Source: Cyanidioschyzon merolae (taxonomy: Eukaryota). From it: 64,000 bases of DNA. The DNA lies in assembly GCA_000091205.1 (NCBI GenBank), contig AP006496.2; one strand, given 5' to 3'. Both the position numbers and the translations under genes were made by a program. Of this stretch, positions 52,799 to 64,000 are shown in pieces. The notes under the pieces are model-generated. The model did not search any database, was not told the origin of the DNA, and worked only from the letters and a program-made list of their open reading frames with translations. The stretch's first letter is position 1. Each line of letters begins with the position of its first letter.

Positions 52799-54857
52799 GT
52801 TGCAGGCGAAAGGAGAGAAGCGAACCGATCCGCCCCGGGAATTTGAATCCGCGCAGCGCGATCGCTCGCCAGCGGCGGTATGATGGCGGCCTCATTCGCG
52901 TGCATGATAGGATGTACCACAACGGCCAGTATACCCGGGAGGGAGTATGGGTTATGGAGCTTGGACCTAGGTGTAACGATGGGTGCTTTACCGTACACCG
53001 ATATGAAACGTGCAATCGGTGAGCGCTGGTCTGCGCGTAAACGTTTCGTCAAAGAAGATAATCGGGTGGTTTCGTTCGCCTGTGTCTATGGTCATCGATG
53101 CTGTTGACACCGCAATATACGGAGCGCCGGAGGAAAGCATCGCAGCATATCAAAACTCTTGGATGGGCTAACTGGATCCCGGCATTTCCACTGAGATTCC
53201 CAGAATACGACGCTCGGACAAGGCGGAAGAACGCGGTGCGTCGCGCGTTCGTGCTCGTTTCAGGAGCGCATGATGCATAAACTCCATTTCGAAAAAACGT
53301 ACGCTGCGACCCGCATAGGTCCGTAGGTTCTGTGCGGAATTCAAGCTTTCATTCACGTTCTATCACAATACAGTTGAAACTGCGCCCAGCCGCGGTCTCG
53401 AAGCAGCCATCAATGCTGTTTGCGCGCACCATCTCGGGGCAAGCCTTGCTGGATGTGCGTTTTCAGCATGTTTCGAGGCGTCTCGCGCGACAGCGGCCAT
53501 GCTTTCGTGTGCAGGAGCGCTTCCATCTATCGCGCGGGTTGCCGGTCTTAGAAGGACGCGCATTGCGTTGCGGAGGCATGCCATCGGCTTGTCCAGACAT
53601 GCCTCGGGAACGAGACGCTCGTCGTGCACAGTATCGCTGCCGCCGTGCAGAGGTGACCCTGTTCATTAGCGGTGTCACCATGGCTCTGGGGCCGAATACC
53701 GGATGCAGCACTTTCCTCCATCTATCCATCCGAACGTCCGTCCGACCATTGATCTGCTGCCTTGTGTGCCAGTAGATGTAGACGACGTACGTAGACCAGC
53801 GAGCCGCTTGCTGCAGATCTATATCCTGGTGTCTGGTTCTATGGATGCGGAACGTCGCCAAGCTGTCCGGATCGGTCACGGAATCCGCCAAAGCCTACGT
53901 CGTGCGCCCCGAACATGCTCGTCTCTGTTCAACGGTACAGAAGCGGGATGTCCCGGGTCGTTACCTAGAGACATGATGCGTGTTCGGAGCGCATCATTCC
54001 CTGATCCGAGGTCCCTGTCAGACGCGTCTGCGATTCACATTCACCGGAAGAAGCCATCATCCATGTCACAAGGCTCACGATTGTACTCCATTATGGAATC
54101 GAAGCTCGTCGCTTCCGAGACTCGCAAACGAGGGATTGTACTGCGCGTCAAGCTTCCAGCTTACGGCAAATGTCATTATTCATTGGAGACCCAGCGAGGC
54201 AGGCCCACAAACCTATGTTACCTGGACGCCAACTCGCGACGCTGTCGTCTCGATGCACGCCTTGTAACGTCCTGGGATTTCAGGCGCACACACGAGAGAT
54301 ACCCGACTGCCCGCGTGCATCATCCGATACGGAGCGCGCACCAGCTGAGCGTTTTGATGAATTATGTCCAAAGGCTGTAGTTTATTTCCCACGAATACAG
54401 TGAGACAAGAGAGCGTAACAAAAGAGGAATCATGCGTTGTGCTCTCGATCTCCCTATCATTCAGAGCCGAGGAACGCTACGAGGTGTCCTCATGTCCGTG
54501 ATCATTTCGGGGCGGGAAAGCGAGGATGAATCACGACCGGATCCTCCGAATGCGCGAAAACCGTCAATTGCCTGTTGATGAAACTTTCTCGATGATGCGT
54601 CAACTGTGGGGTCGCGGGAAACGGGGTATACCTCGAGGCGACACTTCGTGGGGCACGGCGAATCTGTTTTGGACCTTTAGGGCATCGGCACGGTCGCATG
54701 GTGGATCAATTTGTTTATTCTTATCTGGGGAGGTGTTCTGGAGTCGCTCGTACGCGACAGCGTCTCTAGTGGAACAGAAATCTTGTTCTGGCTACGGGCA
54801 GCTTACACTGCTGTCAGAAGCATCTGATTTCATGCATGGATCCCTACGATGCGAAAA

Positions 54858-55460
54858 AGAACAGAGATCAACGAGTGATTAGCAACTCGAGAACAGCTTC
54901 TTCCCGGCTTCACGGTGAGCGTTGAAAGGGAAAAAAGTTTTCCGTAATTTCGAAAGTGTATCGTGTTGGTGGAATTTGGCGCGAACCGGATGAGTCCGTC
55001 AGGCCAGAGCTCGCTGTGCCTCTAAGGTGCCGGGCCAGTAGCGAGTTCTGAGCAGCTCGTCCGCAACGCAGTTTATTCTGCGACTAGGGGCAGTTAAGCT
55101 GCGTCTGGGCGTCGCCCATGTTGCAATTATCTCCTAGCATATCGCTTCGCTCTGTCGCAGGCGGCAGGTCTGCTTACCCATTTTTCAGGCTCCCAGAATG
55201 CTTACATAATCCGATTCCGTACCTGGTGAAGCGGCCCGCAATCCGATGCCCTCAGCAGTATGGCAAAGCGTTCTTGTCCCCGTGCTGCATCCGCATCAGC
55301 GGTTTAGGCGCAATCGCGGATGCAGCAAGACAGGCACTCGCAACACAATGGAACATTCAAAACGGCAAGTGCATCCAGGCAGAGGCAAGGGCCATGGAAC
55401 TTGGACGTAGAGTGCATCATGGTGGACGCTTTCCCGAATACCAGTTTCCAATCCGCAGGC
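54858..55460 (+). repeat. Conserved ~600-nt non-coding unit, copy 3 of 3 (solo; no adjacent nuclease ORF)
   Basis: See 10028-10650. It ends about 250 nt upstream of the eIF4E ATG on the same strand. Confidence 0.6.
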
Positions 55461-55708
55461 GAGGATCCCCGATCAACAGAAACGTTTTATCAAACGAAGA
55501 AAAAGATGCGTTGCACGTCGATACCCGAAAAGGGGCATCGCACGCCTGATGATGCAGCGTCGGCGCCGCCGCTGCCGCCGCTGCCGCCACTGCCCCAAAC
55601 GTACACCCATCCCAGCAAGGTGTCTAGTGACACCTGCTTCGTTTACGAAACAGCAATAGCACCGTTTGCGCTGGCACCGCACTCTAGAGACCGTACGTTG
55701 CTCCGGCT

Positions 55709-56326
55709 ATGAGTGAGAGAGAGAGTCCCGCAGATGCTGGGCCCGAGAAATCCGTGCACCCGCTTCAGTTTTCCTGGACGTTTTGGTATGATATGCCCCG
55801 GGGAATCAAGCCTTCCCAGGAGAACTGGAGCAACAACGTCAAGCCGTTTGCCGAGGTCGACACGGTGGAAAAGTTCTGGGCCGTCATGAATAATATCGTG
55901 GAACCGTCTCGGCTTCCGCCTGGTTCCAACCTGCACGTTTTCAAGCACGGAATCAGGCCTGAGTGGGAAGACGCCATGAACGAGGCCGGGGGCAAGTGGG
56001 TAGTCACCCTGCCAAAGAAGGAGCTCCCCCGAATCGATGAGTTCTGGCTGAACTCGCTCATTGGGATTCTGGGAGAACACTTTGAAGCGAAGGCGAGTGA
56101 TGACATTTGTGGGCTCGTGGTGAGTGTTCGCAAAGACAGAGGCCGACTGGCGCTTTGGAACAAGAGCGCTTTACGGGAGGACTTGCGGCGTTCTATTGGA
56201 AAAAGGTGGCGCGAAATCCTGTCTAGTGGCGGACTGCCGCGCGATCTTGATCTTGAATACATGGTACACAAGGACGCTATGGCGTATGATCGCTCGTATG
56301 TGAGTAAGGCGCTCGATCGCCTCTGA
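55709..56326 (+). CDS. EIF4E: Eukaryotic translation initiation factor 4E (cap-binding protein), single exon
   Basis: HPLQFSWTFWYD...VEKFWAVMNNIVEPSRLPPGSNLHVFKHGIRPEWEDAMNEAGGKWVV carries the canonical eIF4E Trp motifs (WTFWxD, FKxGIxPxWED, GGKW). Confidence 0.9.
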   Translation: MSERESPADAGPEKSVHPLQFSWTFWYDMPRGIKPSQENWSNNVKPFAEVDTVEKFWAVMNNIVEPSRLPPGSNLHVFKHGIRPEWEDAMNEAGGKWVVTLPKKELPRIDEFWLNSLIGILGEHFEAKASDDICGLVVSVRKDRGRLALWNKSALREDLRRSIGKRWREILSSGGLPRDLDLEYMVHKDAMAYDRSYVSKALDRL

Positions 56327-58300
56327 AACCTTGGCGCTGGGAGCGAGCTGTGGTGCGACTGCCAGCACCAACGGGTACGCGTGCGACACCTGGACTCGGC
56401 TTTGGAAACGATCACCGCACGCTGCGTGTAACGTCGTCGGCAAAGCCGTTTTCCCTGCGTCTAGCATGAGCCGGCGAAACGGAAATCGGGCACCGGTGTA
56501 GCGGGTCCAGGAAACGAACCCAACGACAGCATCCGGGGCAGCGGAGGCGGCTTCCACTGGCCAGTCGCGTCGTGAAAGCACTCTGCCGGTGCTGGACGCG
56601 GGAACGGGCATTGCAGCTCGATATCAACGCACGTTGAAACACATGTGCCGATATGCTGCTGGTGCGACTCGGAATGTGCGTTTCCATTCTGGTGCGGCAG
56701 CAAGATCCCTGTAAGAGGCGTAAGTTTGGCGAAGCGCCTTTCGTGACCGCTTCTCTCTGCTTTACGGTGCGGCTTTCGTCGCAAATGGGGTCCAACGGAA
56801 TCAGAGATCAAAAAGAGGCTCGGTTTGCACCAGAGTGTTTCGCCAGCACTTTCGGACGATGAAAATCTCTGAGCGCTGCGGATATTGGCAGCAAAGCCTT
56901 CACTGATGGGAGCGTTTCGGTGGCGCTTCGAGAGTATTTGCATGATTGCGTGCGCTGTTTTGGTGTATCGTGATTGTTTCAAGTCATTTCAAAAGCTATC
57001 CGGATTCTGACTTGAGCTGTACACATGCTTTACTAAATGTGAGCCTCGGTTCCACTGGCCAGTACCGACTGTAAGACTTGGAGTAACCTGCTTTGCGCCT
57101 TGTGAAGAAAACTGTAAACGCCCATCCAGCTCGTCTTGAAGAGCGAACGCGCACGCCTTTGTTGCGTTTCATGCACGCCCCAGCGCGTACTGGAAGCGCC
57201 CGAGACACAGCGCAGTCGTGCCGAGTTTATGTCCAGAGCTGGCATCTAACCTATGTACACTGCTAGGCATGAGACGCGATCGCGTTCCAGACGGAAGCGA
57301 GTGCATTCGAATCGGTCCCTGTTCATGATGCGGTTCGGCGCCCAAGCACAAAGTGCGACGCGCATTGATGGACGCTCACCACAACCAGGGCGCCACGGCT
57401 TTCCCTCGTTGCTGTCGCAAGATGCCGCATGTTATCCCGTCAGCAAGCGAGCCGGGCATCCAAACTTCTTCGCGCACCCGTCTCCATCCCATAAATAAGG
57501 ACTTGCTGCTTACGAAGATCTACACCCTCGATAGTACACTGCATAGGAAACATATGGCAGCTTCGCGTGGCCTTGCGCGGTGCCAACACGCGCACATGAC
57601 GTGTGGAAACGATGGACCGCAACGCCAGGGCGCAGATGCGAACAGCCTCGAGTCGATGCCCATACAGGTAAGACGACGCTGTGCAGTCATCATGTGGCGC
57701 TGGCGCCGGCCTTGCTGGCGCCGTCGTGGGCGCTCACCGCAGGCACTAGGCACCCGGAGGATCGCATGAATGCGCATGTAATTCCGAAGGCAGGCACATC
57801 CACTGCTGACCGATGGAACTCGAACGTGTCGCGCGGCATGGAAGACGCTCTCCCCGATACCGATAGCAATCGCGCTATCGGGCACGTCAGGTTCGTTGAA
57901 CGATTCTGTAGCCAAAAAGGGGTGATAAGCACAACGGGTCGAGCACGCACACATTCCCGTTCTTCCATCGTATTGAATGCGTTCCTGAGTGCCGCCACGC
58001 TGCGCAGACCTGCCCTCATGACCCTGAAACAACAATATCATGGATAAGCTGTCGATCCTCGATGAGTCCGTGAGGCAGCGTGCAGCGAGGCGCCTCCGAC
58101 GGACCCCGTCCAGGCGCGAAACTGCGGCACGCGCAACGTCCGTTCGCTGCTCAGCGTGTCGCCTGCCGGGAGCCTCTCTGCAGACAGGGCCTATCGCGGC
58201 CATTCACGGGATCATCCCGAGTTCCAGATGCCCGCCAGCAGTACCGAGAGGGTTTCCATTCATGACTGAACAGAAGGGGCATCGGAGGTGGCGGCAGGCC

Positions 58301-58816
58301 TCAGTGATGGCGGCCGTTTCGTGCGAGATGCTCCGCGGGACTCGATCGCAGGCTCGCACCTCGCTCCGCCTCGTACTCCCCGTAAAACGTGACCACATTC
58401 TTCTCAGTCTCCCAGAGACGAATTCTGTACAGCAATAATCCAAGGTGTGGCTCAAGCCAACCCCAAATGACCGCAGCGAGGTTCTCAGTCGTTGCCGGTA
58501 GAGCGTGCGCATAACCGCCGTTTTCTGAAGCAAACTCATTTACATCCTCGTCAATCGACGCATGATCGAGCTTCTCGAGCACATGTTTCTCGATTACTTC
58601 CTTCAATAGACGCATGTCGAGCACCATACCGGTCTGAGCATCGACTGGACCTCGAACCGTAACCTCCAGAACATAGTTGTGTCCGTGGCGTCGTGCGCAC
58701 GGCCCAAACAGCCTCTCGTTTTCTTCCGGACTAAGCTTGCCCGCTCTCAGCGCATGACATGCGGAAAACGTCACAGCGCGTGTTAACTCCACAACCGGCC
58801 TCTGGATATGAACCAT
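58301..58816 (-). CDS. 6-pyruvoyl-tetrahydropterin synthase (PTPS/QueD family). I chose the internal Met (MVHIQRP); the ORF is open to 59098.
   Basis: RAVTFSACHALR...CARRHGHNYVLEVTVRGPVDAQTGMVLDMRLLKEVIEKHVLEKLDHASIDEDVNEF...TTENLAAVIWGWL...YRIRLWETEKNVVTFYGE matches PTPS (CNNPNGHGHNY, TGMVMNLxDLK, LDHKNLDxDV, TTENVAVYIW, YETDNNIVVYKGE). Confidence 0.8.
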   Translation of the reverse strand: MVHIQRPVVELTRAVTFSACHALRAGKLSPEENERLFGPCARRHGHNYVLEVTVRGPVDAQTGMVLDMRLLKEVIEKHVLEKLDHASIDEDVNEFASENGGYAHALPATTENLAAVIWGWLEPHLGLLLYRIRLWETEKNVVTFYGEYEAERGASLRSSPAEHLARNGRHH

Positions 58817-59293
58817 TGGTCTCGAGCGACTCTGGAGCGAGAGCGCCCACCTGCAACGGATACAAAGCTCGCGAACGGTTTCGTGACGCTGCCCGATCAA
58901 TCTCCCGAAAATCGCGCCAAAAGAGGAGCCTGCGCAGTAGCGCCAGGCACCGTTTCTGGAGGACTGGCATTGAGGCATCGAACTGGTATCATCCGGTAGC
59001 AGTATTTTCGGGACCAGGGCCAAGACGATTGTGGCTCTCAAAACGTGTCTATGTGACGCTGATCCCGGTCCAGTGTTCACTGCAGGGCTAGCACACACAA
59101 CGAACCAGCGTCTTGCTGGTTGTAGCGTGTGTTGCAGGCGCTCGCGAAGGTGCTGGATGCGCAGCCTCCGCCGCCGCGAGGCTACTCTATGGTACCAGCA
59201 CGGAGCTGCGCCTGTCCGTACTCAGGGATATTGAACCTTGGAACGTCAATATACTTTCTTGATGGCATGGGAAGATCGTATGTGGTGTCGGCC

Positions 59294-61285
59294 TGTGGCG
59301 TTCCAGCCTCGCTCGACAGCTGACCAGTACCATACCAGTGTCTTGGCGCAGGCGAGGATCCGAATCTTCCCCCTGTTTCCTAATGTCTTTATTGCATCCG
59401 AACTCCACAGCGTTGCAGCGCAGCGTCTGCATCAGTAAGAGTCGATTCCCTGGCAAGCTCGCTCGACGTAAAGCCGGTGGACGATCTGGAAGCACGAGAT
59501 ATTGCCTGAGGTTGATCGAGGGGTTCAAGTCTCGATGCAGTATGGACGGGTATGTGTGTGTACTTGCTGCTGGCGTCACGACGAAGCGAGCCTCACGCCT
59601 TTGATTGCCGCTGCATCTCATGGTCGAGCGGCTTACCGTACGCCATCTCGTGCGTCTGCCTCAGTTTCGCTCTCTGATTCTCTACCGGATTCGACACGCG
59701 CCCGTGCTCATGACACGTGTATGTCGTCCTGAACACATCGGCGGGCATCGTGCAGCGCGCATTTCTGTATTTACTTCTGTATTTCGGCATGCTCATTGCA
59801 TGAGCAGGCGTCCAGCATTTCTGCGTTATAGCGCGCCCTGCTCCATGGGTTACCTATCAAAGAAAACTGAGCAGCTTCATCTGCTTCGCATTGAGGCCTT
59901 CGGCTCCGTCCCCGCGCTCTAGACGCACAGCGAAGGCCATGGCGCTATCTGACCTGGGAATCACGCGCACAGCGAAGCCTTTCCCCGCATCTAGCTTGAA
60001 CAGTTGGAAATGCGTCGCGCTGCCCGAAAGGATACTTTTCGGCACCTGCGCTGTCGAGGTCCCGATCAAGGACGTGGTGCGTCGACCTTTCAAGGTATTC
60101 TGCGGACTGTGGGTGCGAGTCTCTGACCCGAAGATCAGGCCGTGTTGCGGGTTTTGTACCGGGCTTCATTCACGCTGTCCCTCGGGGCGGGTTCAGCCGT
60201 AAAAAGCGCAGAGCAATGTGGACAGCTGGCAGCCCTGCGCCCGCAACACGTACGCATTGTTGGTGAACGAGCTGCGTCACAGCGCGCGAAACTGAGAGAG
60301 TCCTCATCGAGTGCGAAGCAACGCGACGCCAATTGGCGACCTGTATCTCGCTTTACTGAATATTCTCCCTGCTGACGTGTCTTAGCAGGGAGGCGTCGAG
60401 AGTGGTTCCGGCGTCATGCGCCCGATCCGTGAGCTTTTCCTTCCTGTCCCTGTACATCCTCTTCGTCTGAGGGATCCTCCTGCTCGTGGCGGAGCGGCCT
60501 CTTCGCCTTTGCGTCCGCTCGGCTGCGCGCGCCTTGAGCGCTTTCGAGTAAGGGGGCGCATCGTACCCAACGATCAACCCAGAAGAATGCGTGATAGAGA
60601 CGCAACGGAGCGCTTCGACGGAGTATGAGGTGCTGAACGAAGCCGTCTGCTGGGCGATCACTAGGTGGCTCTGCAATGAAGTTGCCTCTGGGCCTGATGG
60701 TGTCGGAATGCTCGCTTATCTGTGCTTTGGGATCCGTCGTTCGCGCCTCGTTGGGTACCCTTGTGCGGGTCCACCATCGCTCCCGAACAAGTCCCTTTGT
60801 GGCGTAATCCGGAAACCGAGCACCTCATGTGAGAATCATTGGCGCCGCAGTGCGAAATCGATAAATTGTGTCGTTCAGCACGAAACAGTCTCCCATACAA
60901 GTGCATTCCCTTCTGTATCCGTCTGTGTCTCTTTGGTGCCGCTCGTACAGACGGTACGGCATCATCACAGTCGATGACTGCTTCCGTGGAATTCCGTATC
61001 GAAGAAATGGAGTGGCGTAAATTGACGAGGAGACACACTGATCAACACAGGGTTTGGTACCGTCCGCATTGAGTGCGAATCGTTCATCATGCAGAATACG
61101 AGTGGGTAGCTTCATCCAGCCGCTGACCCTGGACTGACTGACTTGTCCAAGTAAGGCTGTTTTCTCGTGAACTACCGGTGACAACACCTTGTGTTTCCTG
61201 TTCCTGTCTCCATTCTGCAGGATACCTTCCGTTTTCTTGAATGCGTGTGAGAGATAAAAACAAAACCGGACGTGCTGGTAAAGTT
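59294..61285 (-). mobile_element. Copy 3 of the ~2-kb Fanzor-relic repeat family
   Basis: Near-identical to 39945-41925 over the whole length, with different flanks on both sides. Confidence 0.8.
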
Positions 61286-61654
61286 GGTACAGAAGGTACT
61301 GCTCTAAATGGAAAAGATGTCGGCCCGGAGCTGTGCACTCGTGTCGCGAAGCAGCAGAGCGCGAACTGGTGAGTCATGGGTCAGCGTTGCCACGCATCCA
61401 GCAGCTTACACACATAAAGCCACCTTCATTTCTGTGGGTAATATCGAAGGAGACCCCCCAGTGCCTTGACACTACCGTCATAGCAACACAGAACAAGTCT
61501 ATCTACCAAATCGAATCTAAACCCTAAAGGTAGAGTCTTTTGCCATGACCATCAATACCAGCTTCCACGTGCTTTTTCCGCAACTGACTCCATCCTGACT
61601 CAGTTACCTCAGGGTCTGAGTAGGTTAGTCTCCCCGGTCCCTCCGATACTGTCG

Positions 61655-62296
61655 TCAGCTGTCGAAGAATGGGGGTAGCTCCCGAATTGTCCTGATTCCA
61701 CGCTTCCGTCCATTATCCACGCAATTCATGCAGAGGCAAAAGTTGGGATCCCTGCTTTGCTCCGCACTCTCATTTCTCTTATGTACAGCCACGGTGCGCT
61801 CGACACAGCGACGGCACTTGCATGTGGTCAAGTGTTCCCATATGTGCATGACGCATTCTCCTGTTAGCGCCACCCTGTGGCTCGCGGACGCTTGCTTCAT
61901 CGCTCGGTACCTGTCCTTGACGGGCACAGAATGCTTCCACAAATGCCCTCCTCCAATACGGCGACAGGTGGCGAGCCTCACGATCATGTGCCTTTTCTGG
62001 ATGGTCTCGTCACCGAGTGCTTTGTCCGCCATACGCGCAAGCGCCTGATGCTCCATTCGGTAGAGTATGTTCGGAACGCGATCCTGTCCATTTTGAAACA
62101 AGTACCGAGAGGAAAATCCAGAATGAAAATGCCACGAAATTCGGATGTGTGCACGCTCAAGTGGAGGCGATCGCTGCGATGACTCAATGCCGAGTACAGG
62201 ATCCATACCCACGCACGCCGAACAGACGGTATCCTCTGGGAGCGCACCCCAGAAGAGGTACAAGGCTGGTGTCGGATCCCGATTCGTCGGCCGCAA
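61655..62296 (-). CDS. Hypothetical protein (Cys/His-rich C-terminus), family not recognised
   Basis: 213-aa ORF only. Confidence 0.2.
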   Translation of the reverse strand: MRPTNRDPTPALYLFWGALPEDTVCSACVGMDPVLGIESSQRSPPLERAHIRISWHFHSGFSSRYLFQNGQDRVPNILYRMEHQALARMADKALGDETIQKRHMIVRLATCRRIGGGHLWKHSVPVKDRYRAMKQASASHRVALTGECVMHIWEHLTTCKCRRCVERTVAVHKRNESAEQSRDPNFCLCMNCVDNGRKRGIRTIRELPPFFDS

Positions 62297-64000
62297 CGAA
62301 GACAGGAGGATTTGTCGTCCAAACGGAATCGACTGTTTGGCGTGAGAATTTCAGTGAACTTTCCCCATGGACTCGCTGACAAGCCCTGATGGGACGACGT
62401 CGCCTATCTCTTCCCTCGTCCGTCCACGAATGTCAATCGCGGCGCCCGTGAGTTGCCTTGAAATGTAAAGATCGAAAACTTCAAGAATATGTGGTTTGAG
62501 CGTGCTGCACGTAAGGAAATGGAGAAGAAACGAGGCTTGTACAGAAGAATCGGATAATGATATCGGTTATTTTACGGGTTGTTGTTCAGGAGCGTCGCCA
62601 GTCATCATGACACTCGTTGCGTTCTAGATTTCAGTGGCAAAACGGCGAAGGAGCGACTCCGAGACCACGCAAAAAACAGTAATGCCCTATGGCTGCACCT
62701 CGAATATCTAGAATGAACATCTAAACCAAGCTAGGTAAAATCGAAGGGCAGGAACAGAGCGTGCAGCTCAGTGCTGCGCTGCAATCCGCCACGAGTCTAC
62801 CACTCACCGTCTTTTGCGGCAGTACAGATTGAATAGAGGATGGTCCACGACAGCATGGACGCATATTGCACGGTTCAAGTCGCGAGCGGGCAGCTGACGT
62901 TGCTATCGCGGATCCACGGCGCCACTGACTCGTAACATGAACCCTTAGGGTACAGCGCCGGTCCAGCGCTGTGAGAATAAGGCGTCACCGATGCTAAAGG
63001 CGAGTCGCGGTCAAGAAGGGCGTTCGACTATGCGGAGAGATTCGCGACCCGCAATCTTGCACCGGGCTGATGTCGACGTTGTTCGCCTCGTGGATCCATC
63101 CAGCGCTGTCATACCGCGAAAGTCCTGACGCAAAGCCCCAAACTCCTGTCCAGCCCTCTACCCGATGAACCGCAGCAAACGCGCAACCAAGGTAAACAAG
63201 CCGTTTATATCGATTTCAAACCGTAAAAAACGCTCGTTGTCACCGCTTGGATCCGCTCACTCGGAAGAAATGTCGTCCAAGCAAAAATCAGAGACAGCAG
63301 CTAAAATCTTCCGAGTTGCAGAACTATTCGACAATCGTGGAACGAGGTGAACGCTCACGACCCAAGCTTAGTCTGCAAAAAATGTCGGGCCGACTGGAGA
63401 CGCAGTGGCGATGGTATATGCAAAGCGCCACTGCGCACGAGGAAGACTCTCGCCGCCCGTCCTCAGGCGCTGGAGTATTCTTGCACCGCATACAGGATCC
63501 GAACCATCAGAACGTTCCGTTGAACGCGATCCGGTCAATGCAGAACGGCTACTCATTTAGACCAGAGTTCCTGTCTGGCCAACGAGTGCCAAAGGCGACT
63601 GGCTCTCTCGCTCAGAGGACCTGAGACTGACAGCGCTCTTGCGGTGCGATCATCGCTGGATCGGAAGCGAGGCGCACTCACGTGCACCGAGTATGATCCC
63701 CGATACAGCTGTACGTGCCTAGTGCGACCGAACGAAGCCTCGGTGCTGTCCATGTACACCGGACTCATCAATCTGGAAGGTTACGAGTGTGCCGGGTTCC
63801 GGACCCCAGTCGCTGAAACAAACGCTCGCAGAGCGCAGTGCACCTGCTGGAGTCGATGCCGCATCTGACTGAGATGGAAAGACTCCGCGAACACTGCGCT
63901 GTAACCGGATACGGGTGTTAACGCATTGCGACCAGACAGCGCCGAGTGCCGGCACAAGCTCTCCGTCAGCTCGCTGGGCGACTTGATTCGATGCCACCAC

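Noticed and set aside
57520-58203. 227-aa minus-strand ORF and neighbouring 100-170-aa ORFs at 56171-56982
   Set aside because: Arg/Ala/Cys-rich, low-complexity translations with no domain signatures, and overlapping ORFs on both strands; consistent with GC-rich intergenic DNA.
1-64000. CRISPR arrays, rRNA or tRNA genes
   Set aside because: No short direct repeats with regular unique spacers, no rDNA-like conserved blocks and no obvious tRNA cloverleaf were noticed. The regularly recurring sequences are the dispersed ~2-kb and ~0.6-kb repeat families described above.

Overview
This 64-kb window looks like GC-rich (about 58-60% by eye) nuclear DNA from a eukaryote, not a prokaryote. The evidence is three dinucleotide microsatellites, long non-coding spacers, host genes that each read as a single uninterrupted ORF, and many overlapping spurious ORFs of the kind high GC content produces. 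The host genes I can recognise from motifs are: CSE1/CAS exportin (runs off the left edge), DCC1, a RUS/DUF647 protein, GNA1, an IAH1-like SGNH hydrolase, DIM1/TXNL4, PTH2, SppA protease IV, a GCP/Spc97-98 protein, an ACT-repeat protein, PEX14, a PP6 SAPS subunit, ArgC, an FH2 formin, eIF4E and PTPS. SppA and ArgC carry N-terminal presequences, and together with the intronless genes this suggests an intron-poor, plastid-bearing alga; that is an inference only. The main point of interest is a dense set of TnpB/Fanzor-like (OMEGA-family RuvC nuclease) transposon relics. Two inverted, AT-richer Fanzor-like elements sit head-to-head at 19.3-24.9 kb; one (B) is within two lesions of an intact ~680-codon ORF. 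Two further 3' fragments lie at 9.7-10.0 and 29.1-30.0 kb. A host-like-GC ~2-kb repeat family with relic RuvC motifs occurs three times at 6.5, 39.9 and 59.3 kb, with copies 2 and 3 near-identical. A conserved ~620-nt non-coding unit occurs three times at 10.0, 21.8 and 54.9 kb; it forms the left end and leader of element B and looks like a structured RNA or regulatory module. Every element end (the 3' end of a Fanzor element or fragment, or the downstream end of a left-end unit) that faces a host gene lies 40-650 bp upstream of that gene's start codon on the same strand. All coordinates are from manual reading and carry roughly ±10-30 nt uncertainty at repeat boundaries. No rRNA, tRNA or CRISPR was recognised.
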